Source of the DNA: Hydrolagus affinis
Taxonomy: Eukaryota
Assembly: GCA_012026655.1 (NCBI GenBank)
Contig: JAAILG010000233.1
Location: 1 to 64,000, forward strand
Direction: 5' to 3'
DNA length: 64,000 bases
Under the pieces are notes generated by a model. That model saw nothing but the letters and a program-made list of their open reading frames with translations. It was not told the DNA's origin and did no database searches. Shown here piece by piece: positions 1-12,899 of the stretch; the first letter of the stretch is position 1, and every line of letters starts with the position of its first letter. A program made the translations under genes and the position numbers.

Positions 1-1059
1 CAGCATTCGGTTTAGAAAGTTTTTTTTGTTGTGGTTGCTATTTTCTTGTCGACCTGTTAACCCTGGATAAAATAAACTGATTCGAATTTCTGAATCCAGT
101 AAAGGCAGATGATTTGTTTCTGGTGATTTTTTCTTAAGCAAACTACAGCACCTCATGTTTAAATGGACTGCCTGTTCACTCTTTATATTCTTTTACCCAA
201 CAGCCAGATCAATGGGGGGTTTTTTATATTAAAAAAAGGACAACGTAGTCGTAATTGAAACATAATCACAAACGATTATATCTACACACTGCGTGATAGG
301 TCTCATCGTTTCATGTTATGCTCTCAAAAGAAATCTGGAACCAGACATTTATATACAGTGCAAAGTTTGCCCCCAATTCTGGTTGTGATGTGAGCAGGTG
401 ATGTAGGCAAGACTCTCAATTCATAAAAGTCCCTGAAGAGGATATGTCTGCCCCTGGGTCGTGTCTAACCAGCAGTATGAAAGCACCACTATGACAGTGC
501 TAGTGAGTGTATAAAGTAACTCCCATGCATAACATTTAGGGTTCTGTGCCAAATTACCGCACTCATTTAAACAACTGGTTTTATTGTGTCGGTTACAAGA
601 TGCAGATTGTTTTTTTGCAATGGAACTGAATGAGCCAAGTGCATCCTTGAATAGCTGGAGGAGGACATGAAGTGCTGGAGACTCCAGAAACATTTTTCAA
701 GGTCGGTAACTAAAGGTAACAATTAGTTTTAGACTTTTTTTTTTCCAATTCTGACTTTTCTGTGTGATGCCTTTATAAAATTTGGACTGTAGGAAAACCC
801 ACTGTCACTAACTACATTAGTAGTCAAGGCAACCAGATATGTGCTAGCTCTCAATCTCCAGGTGCCTTAGAAGTTGACAGAGTATTGCTTTTCCTGAGCC
901 CACCTCAATCACATACTCAATTATGCTTTAAAGGTTCAACGTCGTCTTCAGCTTTCAATTGCTTGAATTTAATAAAGAAATTTATCAAAACTTTGGTTTC
1001 GTTGTCATCTACAAACTCTCTCAAATAACTTCCTTCCAGTCCAATTATCAACTTGGAAT

Positions 1060-1195
1060 ACTGAGGCCAATTGTAGTATCCCAACTGCAACCACAGGTAA
1101 GATCGATCAACTCAGTAGATACTAGGAATGATGCCTGAAAACTTCGGTGTCTATATAGCTCAATCCCACACTTATGTACTGAACTTAACTGCTTG
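1060..1195 (-). mobile_element. AmnSINE2-like ancient tRNA-SINE, 5' part
   Basis: ctgaggccaattgtagtatcccaactgc...gatcaactcagtagatactagg...gtctatatagctcaatcccacac aligns by eye with the copy at 10110-10285 and with the reverse complement of the recalled AmnSINE2 consensus. Confidence 0.6.
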
Positions 1196-1454
1196 ATTAA
1201 ATAACGAGAAAGTGCAACGCCTGTGAAACCAAGATTGTTACTTTGGGTGTTTCCTTCTGGTTTGAATGTGCTAGATAATTTGGAATAAATTAAAATCATG
1301 CTATTATTTTGTCAATTTAATTTAATAATCATTTTGATAATCAAAGACATCCACTTTTGCAGTTATTTTACTTTGAAGTTTCAAAAGTTTGAAGTTTACT
1401 TTGTAGTTTCTCTGATAAGAGAATTTAACAGCTGACTATTTTACTGCTTGTGGA

Positions 1455-2065
1455 TAATATAACCTGCAAATTAAATCTACAATAGACACATTCAACATGG
1501 TATTATGAACAAGTGTTTTAACTACAATAGTGATGTGATGTACTGTATGACCTAAGTTTAACTAATTCTTAATTGTTGACTGAATCCCAAGATTAAATGA
1601 CTACCTTGAAACTGTTTTATGGTATTTTTGGCTGTTATGTACTGCTACATCTCTGTATGCCAATTTGATATACAGTACTGTAGTTTGTTCAGTTTTTGTG
1701 CCACCAATAACTGACAATTGCCTAGCAATGATGCATGGACTTAGTTTAAATATCGAACTCCATAACAACTTATGATGACTTAAATATTATGTTCTTAGCA
1801 AAATTGAAACACGAAAAAAGTCCCTGTTACCACTCAGAATTATCTCACTGCATTAAAATTTACTCTGTAAATTAATCTACTTCACTCAACCTAGTATTAT
1901 GAGCAAAGATTTCAAACTGTGATAAACTGCATGACCCAATCTTAACTAATTCTTAATTGTGATTGAACACCAAGATTAAATTGCTTGAAATCTCTTTATT
2001 TTCTGCTGTTATGTACTGCTTCCTTTTTGTGTGCAAATTGTACATGTTTTGTTCAGTACAATCCA
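1455..2065 (+). repeat. Diverged local duplication (about 1455-1700 vs about 1860-2065)
   Basis: Shared blocks in the same order: taactaattcttaattgt, caagattaaat, gctgttatgtactgct, tttgttcagt. Confidence 0.8.
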
Positions 2066-2226
2066 TTTATCAACAATCTATTTATGAATATTGTTTGTGG
2101 AATTTACAACCAGGCTAATATTTTAATTGATAACCTTATGCATTCTTTCACTGATAAATCCACTCTACATTTGTCAGCTTCCTTTACATCTCCATTGGCC
2201 TCACCATCTCCATTTCGCTTAAGAGT

Positions 2227-2289
2227 GCAACAACAACAACTTTGATTTATATAATGCCCTCCACGCCAGACGGCGTCTCAGACCGCTTA
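2227..2289 (-). mobile_element. L2 LINE 3' tail (type A)
   Basis: (caa)n followed by ctttgatttatataatgccctccacgccagacggcgtctcagaccgctt, the reverse complement of the tail at 8700-8763. Confidence 0.8.
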
Positions 2290-2339
2290 ACTAATGTCTA
2301 AATGAACTAATGACTAAACTGCAATGACTAAATCACAAT

Positions 2340-2705
2340 AAAACTTACGTTTATAAATGCCATTCGTGTTGGATAATCTCTCAGAATTCTTCACAAAGAT
2401 AGGATTGGAGGCTAGAAAATTAAAAAGGGAGAGGGGCATAGTAGGATGTGATGAAACAGATGTGAATAGTAGGCCCGAGTTAGCCAAACAGATGGAGTGA
2501 GTGCAAGAATGGAGTAGGAGAAGAACACAGAGATAGAGAGCTGCTATGACTTGAAACGATTTATAGGTGAGGATGAGGACTTTGAAGTCAATTTGTTGGG
2601 AGACAGAGTCTGTGGAGCAGGATTAGGACTGGGATGGTGGGTTTGCAGAGTTTGGTACAGGTGGTACAAGTGAATGGTGGAGTTTGAATTTGCTCTAATT
2701 AGTGA
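2340..2705 (-). mobile_element. Old L2 LINE ORF2 C-terminal fragment
   Basis: Minus strand 2550-2592 translates to IDFKVLILTYKSFQ (L2 motif IxFKILxLxYK); degenerate tail near 2340. Confidence 0.65.
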
Positions 2706-3189
2706 ACTGAGCCACTATAATGGAAAATGTATAATATCCCAGATTCCTAATCTGTATCCTCTTTGGTTTGCATTATATACAGTATGTGTATGTATGAAAA
2801 TTCATAATTTCTGATATTACTTGAAACCGTATTGTCTTAATTACCTGTCAACACCCATTATTTGCTCTATTAATTGTCTTCTTGCTCTAGCCAATTGATC
2901 ATTAATATTCTTTTTGCAACCCGTGACTAATATTCCACTAGCCCATCAACTGATGGTTGTTAAATGTTTGCATTGAGTACAAAGAATTGGACTACTTGGA
3001 CTACAGATATACATTTCTTGCTTATTTATACCATGAAGAAAATGAACTGGGAGCTATCAAAATCTTGGGAGATCATGCTTACATGGAACTACAAACATAT
3101 ATTTGATCTTTATTGTTCCTCAAATTTTGTAGGTCTATGAACTGAAAATAATTATTTTCTAAATATGTATTGGCGGCAGTTCTTAACTT

Positions 3190-3340
3190 CACAAAATATT
3201 TCACTTCATGGTTTTGCGTGACATTGCTTTGTACAGATTGGCTGCTGTGTTTGCCTACATTTTCACAGTTGAATCCTGTGAAGCACTTTGAAACATTTTG
3301 GCAACATAATAAGGCACTATCGCAAATTAATTTCTTGCTG
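3190..3340 (+). mobile_element. Old Deu-type SINE, 3' part
   Basis: gtacagattggctgctgtgtttgcctacatt...tgtgaagcactttgaaaca...aaggcactat. Confidence 0.6.
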
Positions 3341-4744
3341 CAACATGATTTAGGAATTAGAAGGATTTTGTAATTTGAAGCTTCAAAGATTGAATAATTG
3401 AATAATTATCTTTGCATTTGATGTAGCTCCTTATCACATTATCAAATCATTTTGCATGGGTGGGAAACAGACTTTTTAGGGTTAAAAGTCACAATCATTT
3501 AAGAAGTCGTTTAAATGAGTTCTTGTAAACTAATTTGTTCTTAAAATTATATAATTTTTGATGGAACCAATTGTATTAAAAGCTTTTGTTAAAAAAATAA
3601 TTTATTCTGAACTTCATAAGCACTGCACAAATGTGTTCATCTTTACCTGAATCAATGCAGTTTTTGAGATCAATAAATTATACTCTCCCACACAGGGCTC
3701 CTCGATTACTAGTCTGACTGACTATACAAACACAGTAATTGTAAAGTAGTATGGTAAAAATCAATGTAATTTACATTTCTACTATAATTCCTGTTATAAA
3801 ATGTACTCCACTTAAAGCTACAACACCTCAATATATTTTTGTTAAAATCATTACTGTTGAAATGTAGAATTAATGCAAATCACTATTTGCATATTTCAAA
3901 TAATAGTGAAATACCATTTTTTTAAATGGGAATTTTAAGCTTATTTGCAATGGCAATTTTTTCCCCTAATAGATGAAGTTCTCTCCTAGTGCTTATACAC
4001 AAACATCACCACACAAATATATGCAGATTTTGCAATTAAGGATTTCATTCCTGGCTCTTAAGAACTTGTAGTGCAGTTGAAACATAAACATCTGGTCAGA
4101 ATGTGAAAAGCAGAGACACAAGTGAAAGAGTAGCTTTAAACTATGCACCTTGGGTGTCTAGGTTAAAATGTTAAACGTTATGCTTGGGGATGTTTTGTAA
4201 TTTGACACATTTTGGACTGGGGTAGAGACCAGATTTCAGCACAAAAAAAATCCCACCTGTAACTATGTTTTTTTCATATCAACATTTGTGAGACCATAAC
4301 TTTATTTAGCATTGTACTTTAATATGAAATGACATACTGTATTATGAGCAGCAGGAAGATATGGTAAATATCACAGCCGGCGAGGCTGAGTATAATGTAC
4401 TCGTACCTTCATTACGAGTTCCCCTGGGGAGATATTTCTAATAACTCGCTACTGGCTAAACATTTCTTCTATTTAAACACCTTTTGTGGTCTTGTACCCA
4501 TTTATTTTTTATTGTATGGCCATCCATCAAACTGTATGACAGCCGGATTTACTCTTGACCTCTCACTACCAGCAGCGCACGAGCCACCAAATTGAAAAAT
4601 TGCAATAACAAGATTTAGATTGAACAATATGGGCTGTTACAACCTGAGAGTGACAATTGCATTGGCATGGTGGTAAAGCTGCACACACTTCACAAAAAAT
4701 ATAGGATGTTTTTAAACTGTTGCTTAAATACCATTGGATATTTT

Positions 4745-4806
4745 AAAGCGCTCTGAGACGCCATCCGGCTTGAAGGGCACTATATAAATCAAAGTTGTTG
4801 TTGTTG
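4745..4806 (+). mobile_element. L2 LINE 3' tail (type A)
   Basis: aaagcgctctgagacgccatccggcttgaagggcactatataaatcaaag followed by (ttg)n. Confidence 0.8.
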
Positions 4807-4929
4807 ACTGAAATGTGGTCACCTCAAACACTATGGTATTGAAATCAAAGCTTCTTTTCCTGGAAGCATTATATGAGTTATAGCACTTTTAGTAATGCAT
4901 TCAAACACTGGTTCAAAGCTTATTACTGC

Positions 4930-5180
4930 AATAACAACAACAAACAACAACAAAATTACATTTATAGAGCACCTTTCAGGTTTTGGAGGATGTCCCAAGG
5001 CGTTGAACAGTCAGGGAACCCGAGCACAGTGGAGGGGTAGGGTGGGAGAGAGGGAGAGAGTTGGGATGGCAGCAGAAGGCACGATCGAAGAGGAGGGTCT
5101 TGAGACCGGCCTTCAAGGGAGGTAATGAGGCGAAGGGACTGTGGGATGGAGTTCCAGAGTGTGGGAGCAGAGAGGCCAAA
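4930..5180 (-). mobile_element. L2 LINE 3' fragment (type B tail)
   Basis: Minus strand reads APTLWNSIPQSLRL...KAGLKTLLFDRAF (L2 ORF2 end); (caa)n tail; clearly homologous to 51066-51291. Confidence 0.85.
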
Positions 5181-6285
5181 AGACTACTAGAAACAATTGT
5201 TCAATTGTTTAAAATTGTCATGACTTCGGTCCCAATATTAGAATTATTTTAGCTTTTTAATTCTAATAGTCCCAATTACTTTACCCATAAAATATTGAAA
5301 TGAAAAATAATGGCAGAAAACTAGAGATTAGCTTCTTCCATATTTTACTCAAACCAATACATTAAACCTTCAATTTATCAAATTTGATATTGGGGTTTTA
5401 TTTATGATATTTGAACACCTGATTCACTGCACTGAAAACATTGGCAGGCAAAAGACTGATGGAAAAGGGTCATCTTGTTTGTTCATCATTTTTGCAGTTA
5501 AATTTTACCGGATATGAATTGCGACACAAATTTTGCAAAACAGTGGTTAGATTTAATGCAACCAGCTCAGTACAGTATGTGAATATTGAAAATTTAACCC
5601 CATTAATGATTAAGACTAACATAAATACTTGAGAAAGTTATGGAACAAGTTCAGAGAGATTTATAGTGTAGAATCTTTTGATTACTCATTATTGTGGATT
5701 TATCGGTCAATGGAATGTAAAATATTTTAATTTAAACACACACAACACCAGACAAAGATATTAAAATAAGCAAAAATAACAGTTTTTAAAAAAATAAGTT
5801 TTTTTCTCATAACAATACAACTGTTCATTCTTTCAGTAGCATTATTCATCACTCAGAGATGCTACCCTGCATTGAAGGACACTGTATGAATGTGAGTTGT
5901 TCTTACGGTTGCCTTTATTGCTGTCTAGCACAATCATAGGTTACTTTTCAAGTACAGGTATTCACAAAAGAATTATGCTACAAAAAAATTATATTATTTG
6001 TAAAGGACAAGCATCTACAATCTTCAAGTACAGCGCTTCAGAACCCCGTGAGATAGGTGGTTCAGAAACCACTCTGCCTTTTTACTAATAACAGAAACCA
6101 CAACATTTCCTATAGAAACCAGTAAACTTCCTGTGTTAACCTATGCAAAACAATCTAGTGAATTTATCTTAGAACTGACATACGGTGGTTTCCTTTAGAT
6201 GTGAATCGCTTCTTGTGAAGTTCTACCTGTATAATTTTCCTTCTTGAAACATTCCTTTTGAAAGAGGCCTTTTACTAGGAAACAT

Positions 6286-6300
6286 GAGGCCATCTAGTGG
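6286..6300 (-). promoter_or_regulatory. Candidate CTCF motif
   Basis: Reverse complement is CCACTAGATGGCCTC, matching the core CCACYAGRKGGC. Confidence 0.4.
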
Positions 6301-7702
6301 TAATATAATTCCATTACCTCATTACCTTCTCCCAGTCACAATTGGGAAACAAGATGAATGATTGTTGTTATCCAGGTACAGTCAAACAAAACCTATTTAT
6401 TTACAACAGCAAAAAAAATTGCTTTTGTATGACAGATTTTCCCATTGGGAGGACATCCCAAGTTGCTGGACAGTTGAGGGTTTGCACATGAACTGGAGGA
6501 TGACTGAAGGTGGCTGTTCATGGGCCATTGCTGTGTGCAAATTGACTGCTGGATTTATAATGTTACAATACAATTATAATATTTTAAAAGGAGGTTCATT
6601 TGACAAATCACATACAGAGTAATTAAACTGTACTCAGAAAAAAAATTCAATTTGAATGCTGACCAACAATGGTTGAAAGTTAAGAAAATGGCAATATATA
6701 TGAGTAATGTTCAATATTCTGTATTAATTTAGTATGAATTTGTCTTTCACATCAAGAGATTTTGTTGCTATCATAGCAACCTCACAGTAAATTGTTGTGA
6801 GTCTGATCAAGGCTATTTCAACTTTGAAGCATAGCACAAATAGTTAGGATTTTGCTGAAGAAGGGAAGTGAGGGCTTGAACATATAAATAACAAAATGAC
6901 ATCGATAGCTCACCAAAAATGCAGAACATAATTAGGTTAAACACTTTTGTTGAAATACATCCGAGTTTTTAATTTGGATTGGATTTGCTGCAAGTGAAAA
7001 TTCAAATCTTGTTGTATGTTTTGCTCAATGATAAGGTTCAAGTGGAGCTTCAAAATACACATTGAAGCACAATAAATTTAAGATCACTTGGCATTCAGTT
7101 AAAATGAATGGGGTGTGGATTGCACAAATTTGATTGATCTGAATTAAAATCTCTAGTTATTGTCTTATTTTGAGCTGCACATCAACTTTCAGAATCTGGC
7201 TTGTTGGCCCAGTGGTGCAGGTAATTGCTGCATTTTGTGCAGCATTACAAAGTAGTAGGGTAGATACTTTAGTGAAGAAGGTACAATTAGTAAGCAAGTC
7301 ACCTTGGGTTAATGATGTGCCAAGGTCATTACATAATGGGACGGGTAATAATTCAGCAAATGACCCTTTCTAAGACACACAGGGGAGGGAGCGCAATGGG
7401 GGAACAAATTCAGTAAGTGGTTCAAGCTGGCAATTTTTGGTTTTCACTCCACTGAATGAGGCTTGGGTTTTCGTAACAAAACCTGGGCAAAATCAATCAG
7501 AATGAATGGTAAGGATACAGTGTCATATCTCTTGTTGGATACAACATATCCAAAGACAAACTGATTCATCAACAAGTTCAGTTATACTGTACAAACTTCT
7601 TAACCATCTGTCAATAACAGAACCGTGAAAATATTTTTTTTCTTGATTTGGCTTTTAAGACCCACAATCAAGATTTGACATTTGTTGAACAAAGCGATTT
7701 TG

Positions 7703-7754
7703 CAGTAATATTAATTGACATTAATACAGTAACATTAATTAACATTAATACAGT
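7703..7754 (+). repeat. 24-bp tandem duplication just upstream of a SINE
   Basis: cagtaatattaattgacattaata / cagtaacattaattaacattaata / cagt. Confidence 0.8.
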
Positions 7755-7755
7755 G

Positions 7756-8060
7756 GAGTCCTGTACCTCAGTGGTTAGAGCACTCGCCTTACAAGCAAGA
7801 GACCTGGATTCAATTCTAGGCAGGGCAAAACCTTGGGCAAGTTTCCTTACTCCACACACCTAATAATAATCCCTCAATAGTAAATTGGTGATTTCAATTC
7901 AGGACTGTTTATGGGACACTTCTGTGTGCAACTGGCTGCCACGTTTTGCCCACATATATGCAATCAATTCACTTTACAGTATGTTCTGTGAAGTGCTTTG
8001 AGACATTTAGAAGACATGAAAAGCACATTATCAAATGCAAGGATTATTATTATAATAATA
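7756..8060 (+). mobile_element. Full-length tRNA-derived SINE with (ATT)n tail
   Basis: tRNA-like head with A box tacctcagtgg and B box ggattcaattc; ccttgggcaagt; Deu-like gggacacttctgtgtgcaactggctgcc; L2-like tail; colinear with 34221-34530. Confidence 0.9.
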
Positions 8061-8384
8061 ATTGAGCAACAGATTTGGGACTGGAAGGTTCTGGGTTTGA
8101 ATAGTGGTGGGTCCTCTCAGCACTTTACTCTTATCTATGCCATCTCTAAACAACACTTTGTGAGAGATGTAAGCAAAATAGTGCAAGATATTATTGAAGG
8201 TTGACTAGCATGCGTGGCTCATGAATGACTTGGAGTTGTAGACCCAGACGTGAATTCCTAGAGAAGGAGCAATGAGGATGATCCCCAATGTTAGAGGAAT
8301 GAGGAGTGTTTGAGCAAAGGTTAGACAATGCTAGGGCTCTTCAGTCTTAAGAATGTTAAATGGAATTGAAATGTAAACCCAGAT

Positions 8385-8763
8385 CAATGCTTGTTTTCAA
8401 ACCCCTCCACTCCTCTGCACCCCTCTACCTCTCTGATCTCCTCTCTCCCTAAACCAGCACCCGCTGCCTTCACTCCACCGGGTCTGGCCTCCTCCATGTC
8501 CCCTGAATCCTCCGCTCCACCCTTGGCGGCCATGCCTTCAGCCACTACGCTCCGAGGCTCTGGAACTCCCTTCCTCATTCCCTTCGCCTCACCCCCTCTC
8601 TTCCCTGTTTCAGATCACAGCTAAAGACTTTTTTCTTTGACCGTACCTTTGATCACCTTTCTACCCCTGCCCCTGGCTCGGTCCTGGGATCCGTTACTAA
8701 GAAGCGCTCTGAGATGCTGTCCGGCGTGGAGGGCGCTATATAAATTGAAGTTGTTGTTGTTGT
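8385..8763 (+). mobile_element. L2 LINE 3' fragment (type A tail)
   Basis: Translates to LVFKPLHSSAPLYLSDLL...GGHAFSHYAPRLWNSLPHSLRL...QLKTFFFDRTF with in-frame stops; ends in tatataaattgaag(ttg)n. Confidence 0.9.
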
Positions 8764-8774
8764 ACTTTAGCATG

Positions 8775-9030
8775 TTCAAAGCCAGTAAAACAAGAGCACG
8801 CAAGTTTGGAATTGTAAAGGCAATTTCAGGACAGATGCCTGGATGTTTTTCTTTTCTCAGAGAGTAATGAGCATAACTGCCAGATTGAAGAATGGTTGAA
8901 GCCAGGGCACTGGACTCATTTACAAAGCAACTTGATCCAATGATGGTGGTGAGGTGGGTGGAAAGGGTCTGCAATGATGAGATTGGATGGGCCAAGGATG
9001 GGCCTTCTTCATCCAAAACAATCTTGTGAC
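8775..9030 (+). mobile_element. CR1 LINE 3' end
   Basis: Degenerate TR-H-...FRTDA-xFFFSQRV...VEA-xLDSFTKQLD, then the CR1-type 3'UTR ggatgggccaaggatgggccttcttc. Confidence 0.7.
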
Positions 9031-10109
9031 TGGACCTTAGCTCATTAAGCCAAAGCCCTAATTGTTTGGCAGGCCTTGCCTCTACACAGTTCCAAGGCAA
9101 CAGATTATGGAGCTGAGTGTATCTGTCACAGAAGGTGCATCTGTTTTTTTAAAAAAAATGAGAAACCTGGTGAAGATTTAATGCCGATGGTAAAGATACC
9201 ACCATGGTTAAACACATTGGATAAACAATAAAAGATCACTATAAATAGCACAAAGGAGACTCTTGTTTTATCATTGCTAATTCACGACGGTGGGTATTTG
9301 ACACTGAGAGGAGATGAACATTCCTTATTGATTACTCGGCTGACCTGTGCGAAAGATGCATTCTTGATTTCAACAAATAGGGCAAGAATTTCAAATGAAA
9401 ATTAAACAGCAAGTTGACTGTGGTAGTAAAACAAAATCACCAGAAGGTGCTTAGACTATCAGAGATATTTTTTGTTAATGAATTTTTAACAAGTCCCAAG
9501 ATAACCAGTTTATTAGATTGAAAGGAATCACTCTATAGATGATACAAACGGAAAAGGGACAACATCAAAGTCCTGAGTATGTGAGAAAAATAGTAGGAAC
9601 ACTACAGCAGGCAATTGGCAAGAAGAGTGTGCATGAATTTCATTGTGAGGTCTCATTGCTAAAGTGCAAAAGAACAGAGTTAAATTAAGGTACATTACAG
9701 CAGAATGCTGGATCTTATTTACTGGTTTGTGTTGAGATTATCCATTTAAAGACACTGCTATATCTGCCTGTAGAGGGAGGTAGGGTTCTTTTCTTTTTAG
9801 GTCGGAGATACTAATACAGTAGTCAGATAGTTGATAGTTTGGGCAATTCCATCAACTATATGTGACCCATTTACACAGCATTTTATTCACCCTATTGTTA
9901 ACATTCTCTTGTCAGAAAAGCACATTGTTCACAGCATACACATTAGCATGTAAGTTTTATCTGCTTGACTTCTCACATCATATGATGTTTTTCAAACTCA
10001 ATCCCTTTCTGCCTCCCCTTAAAGAGATTTTCCTCTGTTTTCTTTCTACTTGGGTTTCACAATCACTGATTGCTCGATGATAAGTTGCCTAAATAGCTTT
10101 TATTTGTGT

Positions 10110-10285
10110 GTCGTCTTCACATCCTCACCCAATATCGACACACTCTCACTTTCCACCAGGGATCTTTGGAGTGGGAATCCTGGCTGATATTTTCATTCCC
10201 TCAACCAGAGATATGGAGGCCAATTTACTATTTCAACTGCTGCCCCACCTTAGATCATCCAACTCAGAACAGACCTTATTCAAGC
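10110..10285 (-). mobile_element. AmnSINE2-like SINE
   Basis: tcctcacccaatatcgacacactctcactttccaccaggg...ggagtgggaatcctggctgat...gaggccaatt...agatcatccaactcagaacagacc. Confidence 0.65.
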
Positions 10286-12446
10286 TTGTAATCTTGCAGT
10301 CTGCAGGACCTATTGCTACATCACAAGTTTCCCTTATTCACTACACTAAAAAGGAAAAACAGTTAAAGTCTGGACTGAGAAATTAAGCCATTAAAATAAA
10401 GAATTCTGTGTTTCTGATATCTGTATAGATGATGCATGCATTTTTATAATGGACCTATAAAGGCATATATTGTTAAGTTCTAAGGATCGTTCTTTGAATT
10501 ATAAACATGGGAAGTGAGCCAGCAAAGTATTCAGATAGTGAGAATTTAAAACAATTCATTAACGTAAGTTATTTTACATTAACTAAATGCTTTATTTTTC
10601 ACACATTTTTTTGTGGACTAGCATGGAAACATAGATTCTGTTCAGAAGACTTTATTTTGGCACATAATTTTCAAATCCGGCAAGCTTCGTACACATTGCA
10701 TAATGAGAATTGCTACTGTGTCTTACAATGGATAATATTTGAACAGAGTAATTTGCAAAGAATATTATTTCCCAGAATAACATTCAAAATACAGATTAGA
10801 AGCTGTCTGAAATCTACAGATAACTTACAATAAATGGATGATACCCTCCTAAGGAGATGGATAAGCTCTATGTGTCTGGGGATGATTACCAATTTCATTC
10901 TGGGCCTCTTTTTGTTAATACTTTCTATGTGCAGAAAAGGACAAGCCTTTTTCAGTCACTAACAGGTTTGTGCAATATATCTGGTGTTATTATGGTGCAA
11001 AAACAAACTTCTAGAAGACAATATTCACATGAGTAAAATACTGAAGTAAATATTGTTACAACAGCAATGCATGATGATCACAATACAGCACATTGTCTTG
11101 TGGATGTTCTTCATCATTAATAATTTGCCACTATGTGGTGGTAAACAGATATATCAGGTTGACTTTAGCACTGCTACTTAGTCGTTGAATTTCTTTCAGA
11201 CCGCCAAGGTCTCCGAAGCAGAATTCACCTGGGAGGCCACCTCTTTGCCACACATGGATATTTATTTGCATTGTTGGCATTCCTCTGGCTTCCCTTGCAG
11301 CACATTACAGAAATGTCCATTGAGCCACAATGGAGAACTTTGCTTTATACTCTATATCTCTGCCGCAACTTTCTGAAAATATTGTTCCATGAGTGTAATG
11401 TTTACAATAATAATGGCCTCATTAAGACCCTTGCCAGAAGAATTTATTGGTCATCAGAGTTCCCGTTCTAATGGTTCCTAAAACAGCACCATATTTACAG
11501 TACATGTACATACACACCTGCCCTGTCCTTCTCCCCCTTGGAAATATACAACAAAGGCGAACAGAACACCAGCCAGTAAAATGGTCCTGTGTCGATTTGG
11601 TGCCATTCCAGGTTAACAATGTTTCTCTGCAGATTTCCACCACTCTCACCCATTACTTAACTCTTATATATTTCTCTCCCTCTGGTTTCTCTTTGTCTCC
11701 TCCAGCTGTCTCTCTGTCATTGTCTCTCTGCCTTCCATGTGATTATTCTTGAAACAATTGCTGTATTGCAGAAATAATTACCTACAGTGGATTGCCGTGC
11801 TGAAACTCCCCCATCTATAAATTGACAGTCTCTAGCATTGTTGAAACAAAAAGACTGTCTTTGACAAAAAGAAACTACCTGATTGAGTTCAATGTATCCA
11901 ATCTGTTCAATATTTCTAAACTTTGTGCTCTTGCTGGACCAGTTCAAATCTGATTCAGTTATATAATGGCCCAATAGTGGAGAGTTGTCAGTTTTGCCCA
12001 CTGAATTGAAATCCACTGGGAAAATAAGGTGGATACTTCCCAGACTTCTCCTGTTTAAACTCCTTAATGGCCATTGGAATTGAAAGAGGATACGTCATCC
12101 GAGCCATCTGGGTTAGATTTAAATACTGGTCTGAGAACTGAATGGACACTATCTCAACTCACAGCGCCATCTATTCCTATACAAGAAACACAGTTGTTGA
12201 GACAATGAAATATGTGGTAAAGAGAAAATCGTTTATAAAAGTTCACATACTTAAACAGCTAAACTATATGTTAATTTCTTTCACACACATTGATTATCTT
12301 GAACATAACTTGCAGCAAACAGTGTACAGTATCCACCCAGAACACTAGAAAGAACAAATTGTTTACTGGGAACTGTTGTGGGTGGCATTACATTAAGGAA
12401 CTGGGGCTTTTAAAAAATGTATTTATGAGTTGTGTTGTGCCTTTCA

Positions 12447-12712
12447 CAACAACAACTTGCACTTATAATAGTGCCCTCAAAGCCAGGTAGCATTTCAGAA
12501 TGCTTAACAGTGGCGGAGCCTGAATTTGAGCCGGGGTGGTGGTGGGGCGAGAGGGAGGTGGTCGAAAGCAAAGTCGGAAGATTTTCAGGAGGGACTTGAA
12601 AAAAGGGAAAGAGGGGCAAGGAGGATGGATTGAGGGAGAGTGCCCCAGAATTTTGGGGGCATAGTGGCTGAAAGTGTGACCTCCCATAGTGAGGAAGAGG
12701 GTGCGAGGGATA
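12447..12712 (-). mobile_element. L2 LINE 3' fragment
   Basis: ORF 12463-12687 reads GGHTFSHYAPK...FKSLLK; (caa)n tail at 12447. Confidence 0.85.
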
Positions 12713-12739
12713 ATCAGGAGTCATCTGAATCAAGTCACA

Positions 12740-12875
12740 AGGAGAAAGTCCCTTTTTCCAATGGTGCCACGGGATCTTGAACATCCTCCCTGAACAGACA
12801 AATGGAACATCAGTTTAACTTCTGAAGAAGGACGACATCTCTAACAATGCAGCTTTCCTGTCAGCCTAGACATTA
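12740..12875 (-). mobile_element. Deu-domain SINE fragment
   Basis: gtgccacgggatctt...cagtttaact...aaggacgacatctctaacaatgcagc is the reverse complement of the Deu core; homologous to 34680-34790. Confidence 0.6.
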
Positions 12876-12899
12876 GGTGGAACTCGAGGAGAAGTGCAC

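Noticed and set aside
7756-7830. tRNA-Val(TAC)-like gene (also 34221-34295)
   Set aside because: It continues into a SINE body and tail, and the acceptor stem is poor; this is a SINE head
8062-8380. Older tRNA-SINE head and L2 relic next to the SINE
   Set aside because: Only a B-box-like ggtttgaat and a short NILKTE motif; too degraded to support
8621-9100. 159-aa ORF
   Set aside because: Antisense read-through of adjacent L2 and CR1 3' ends
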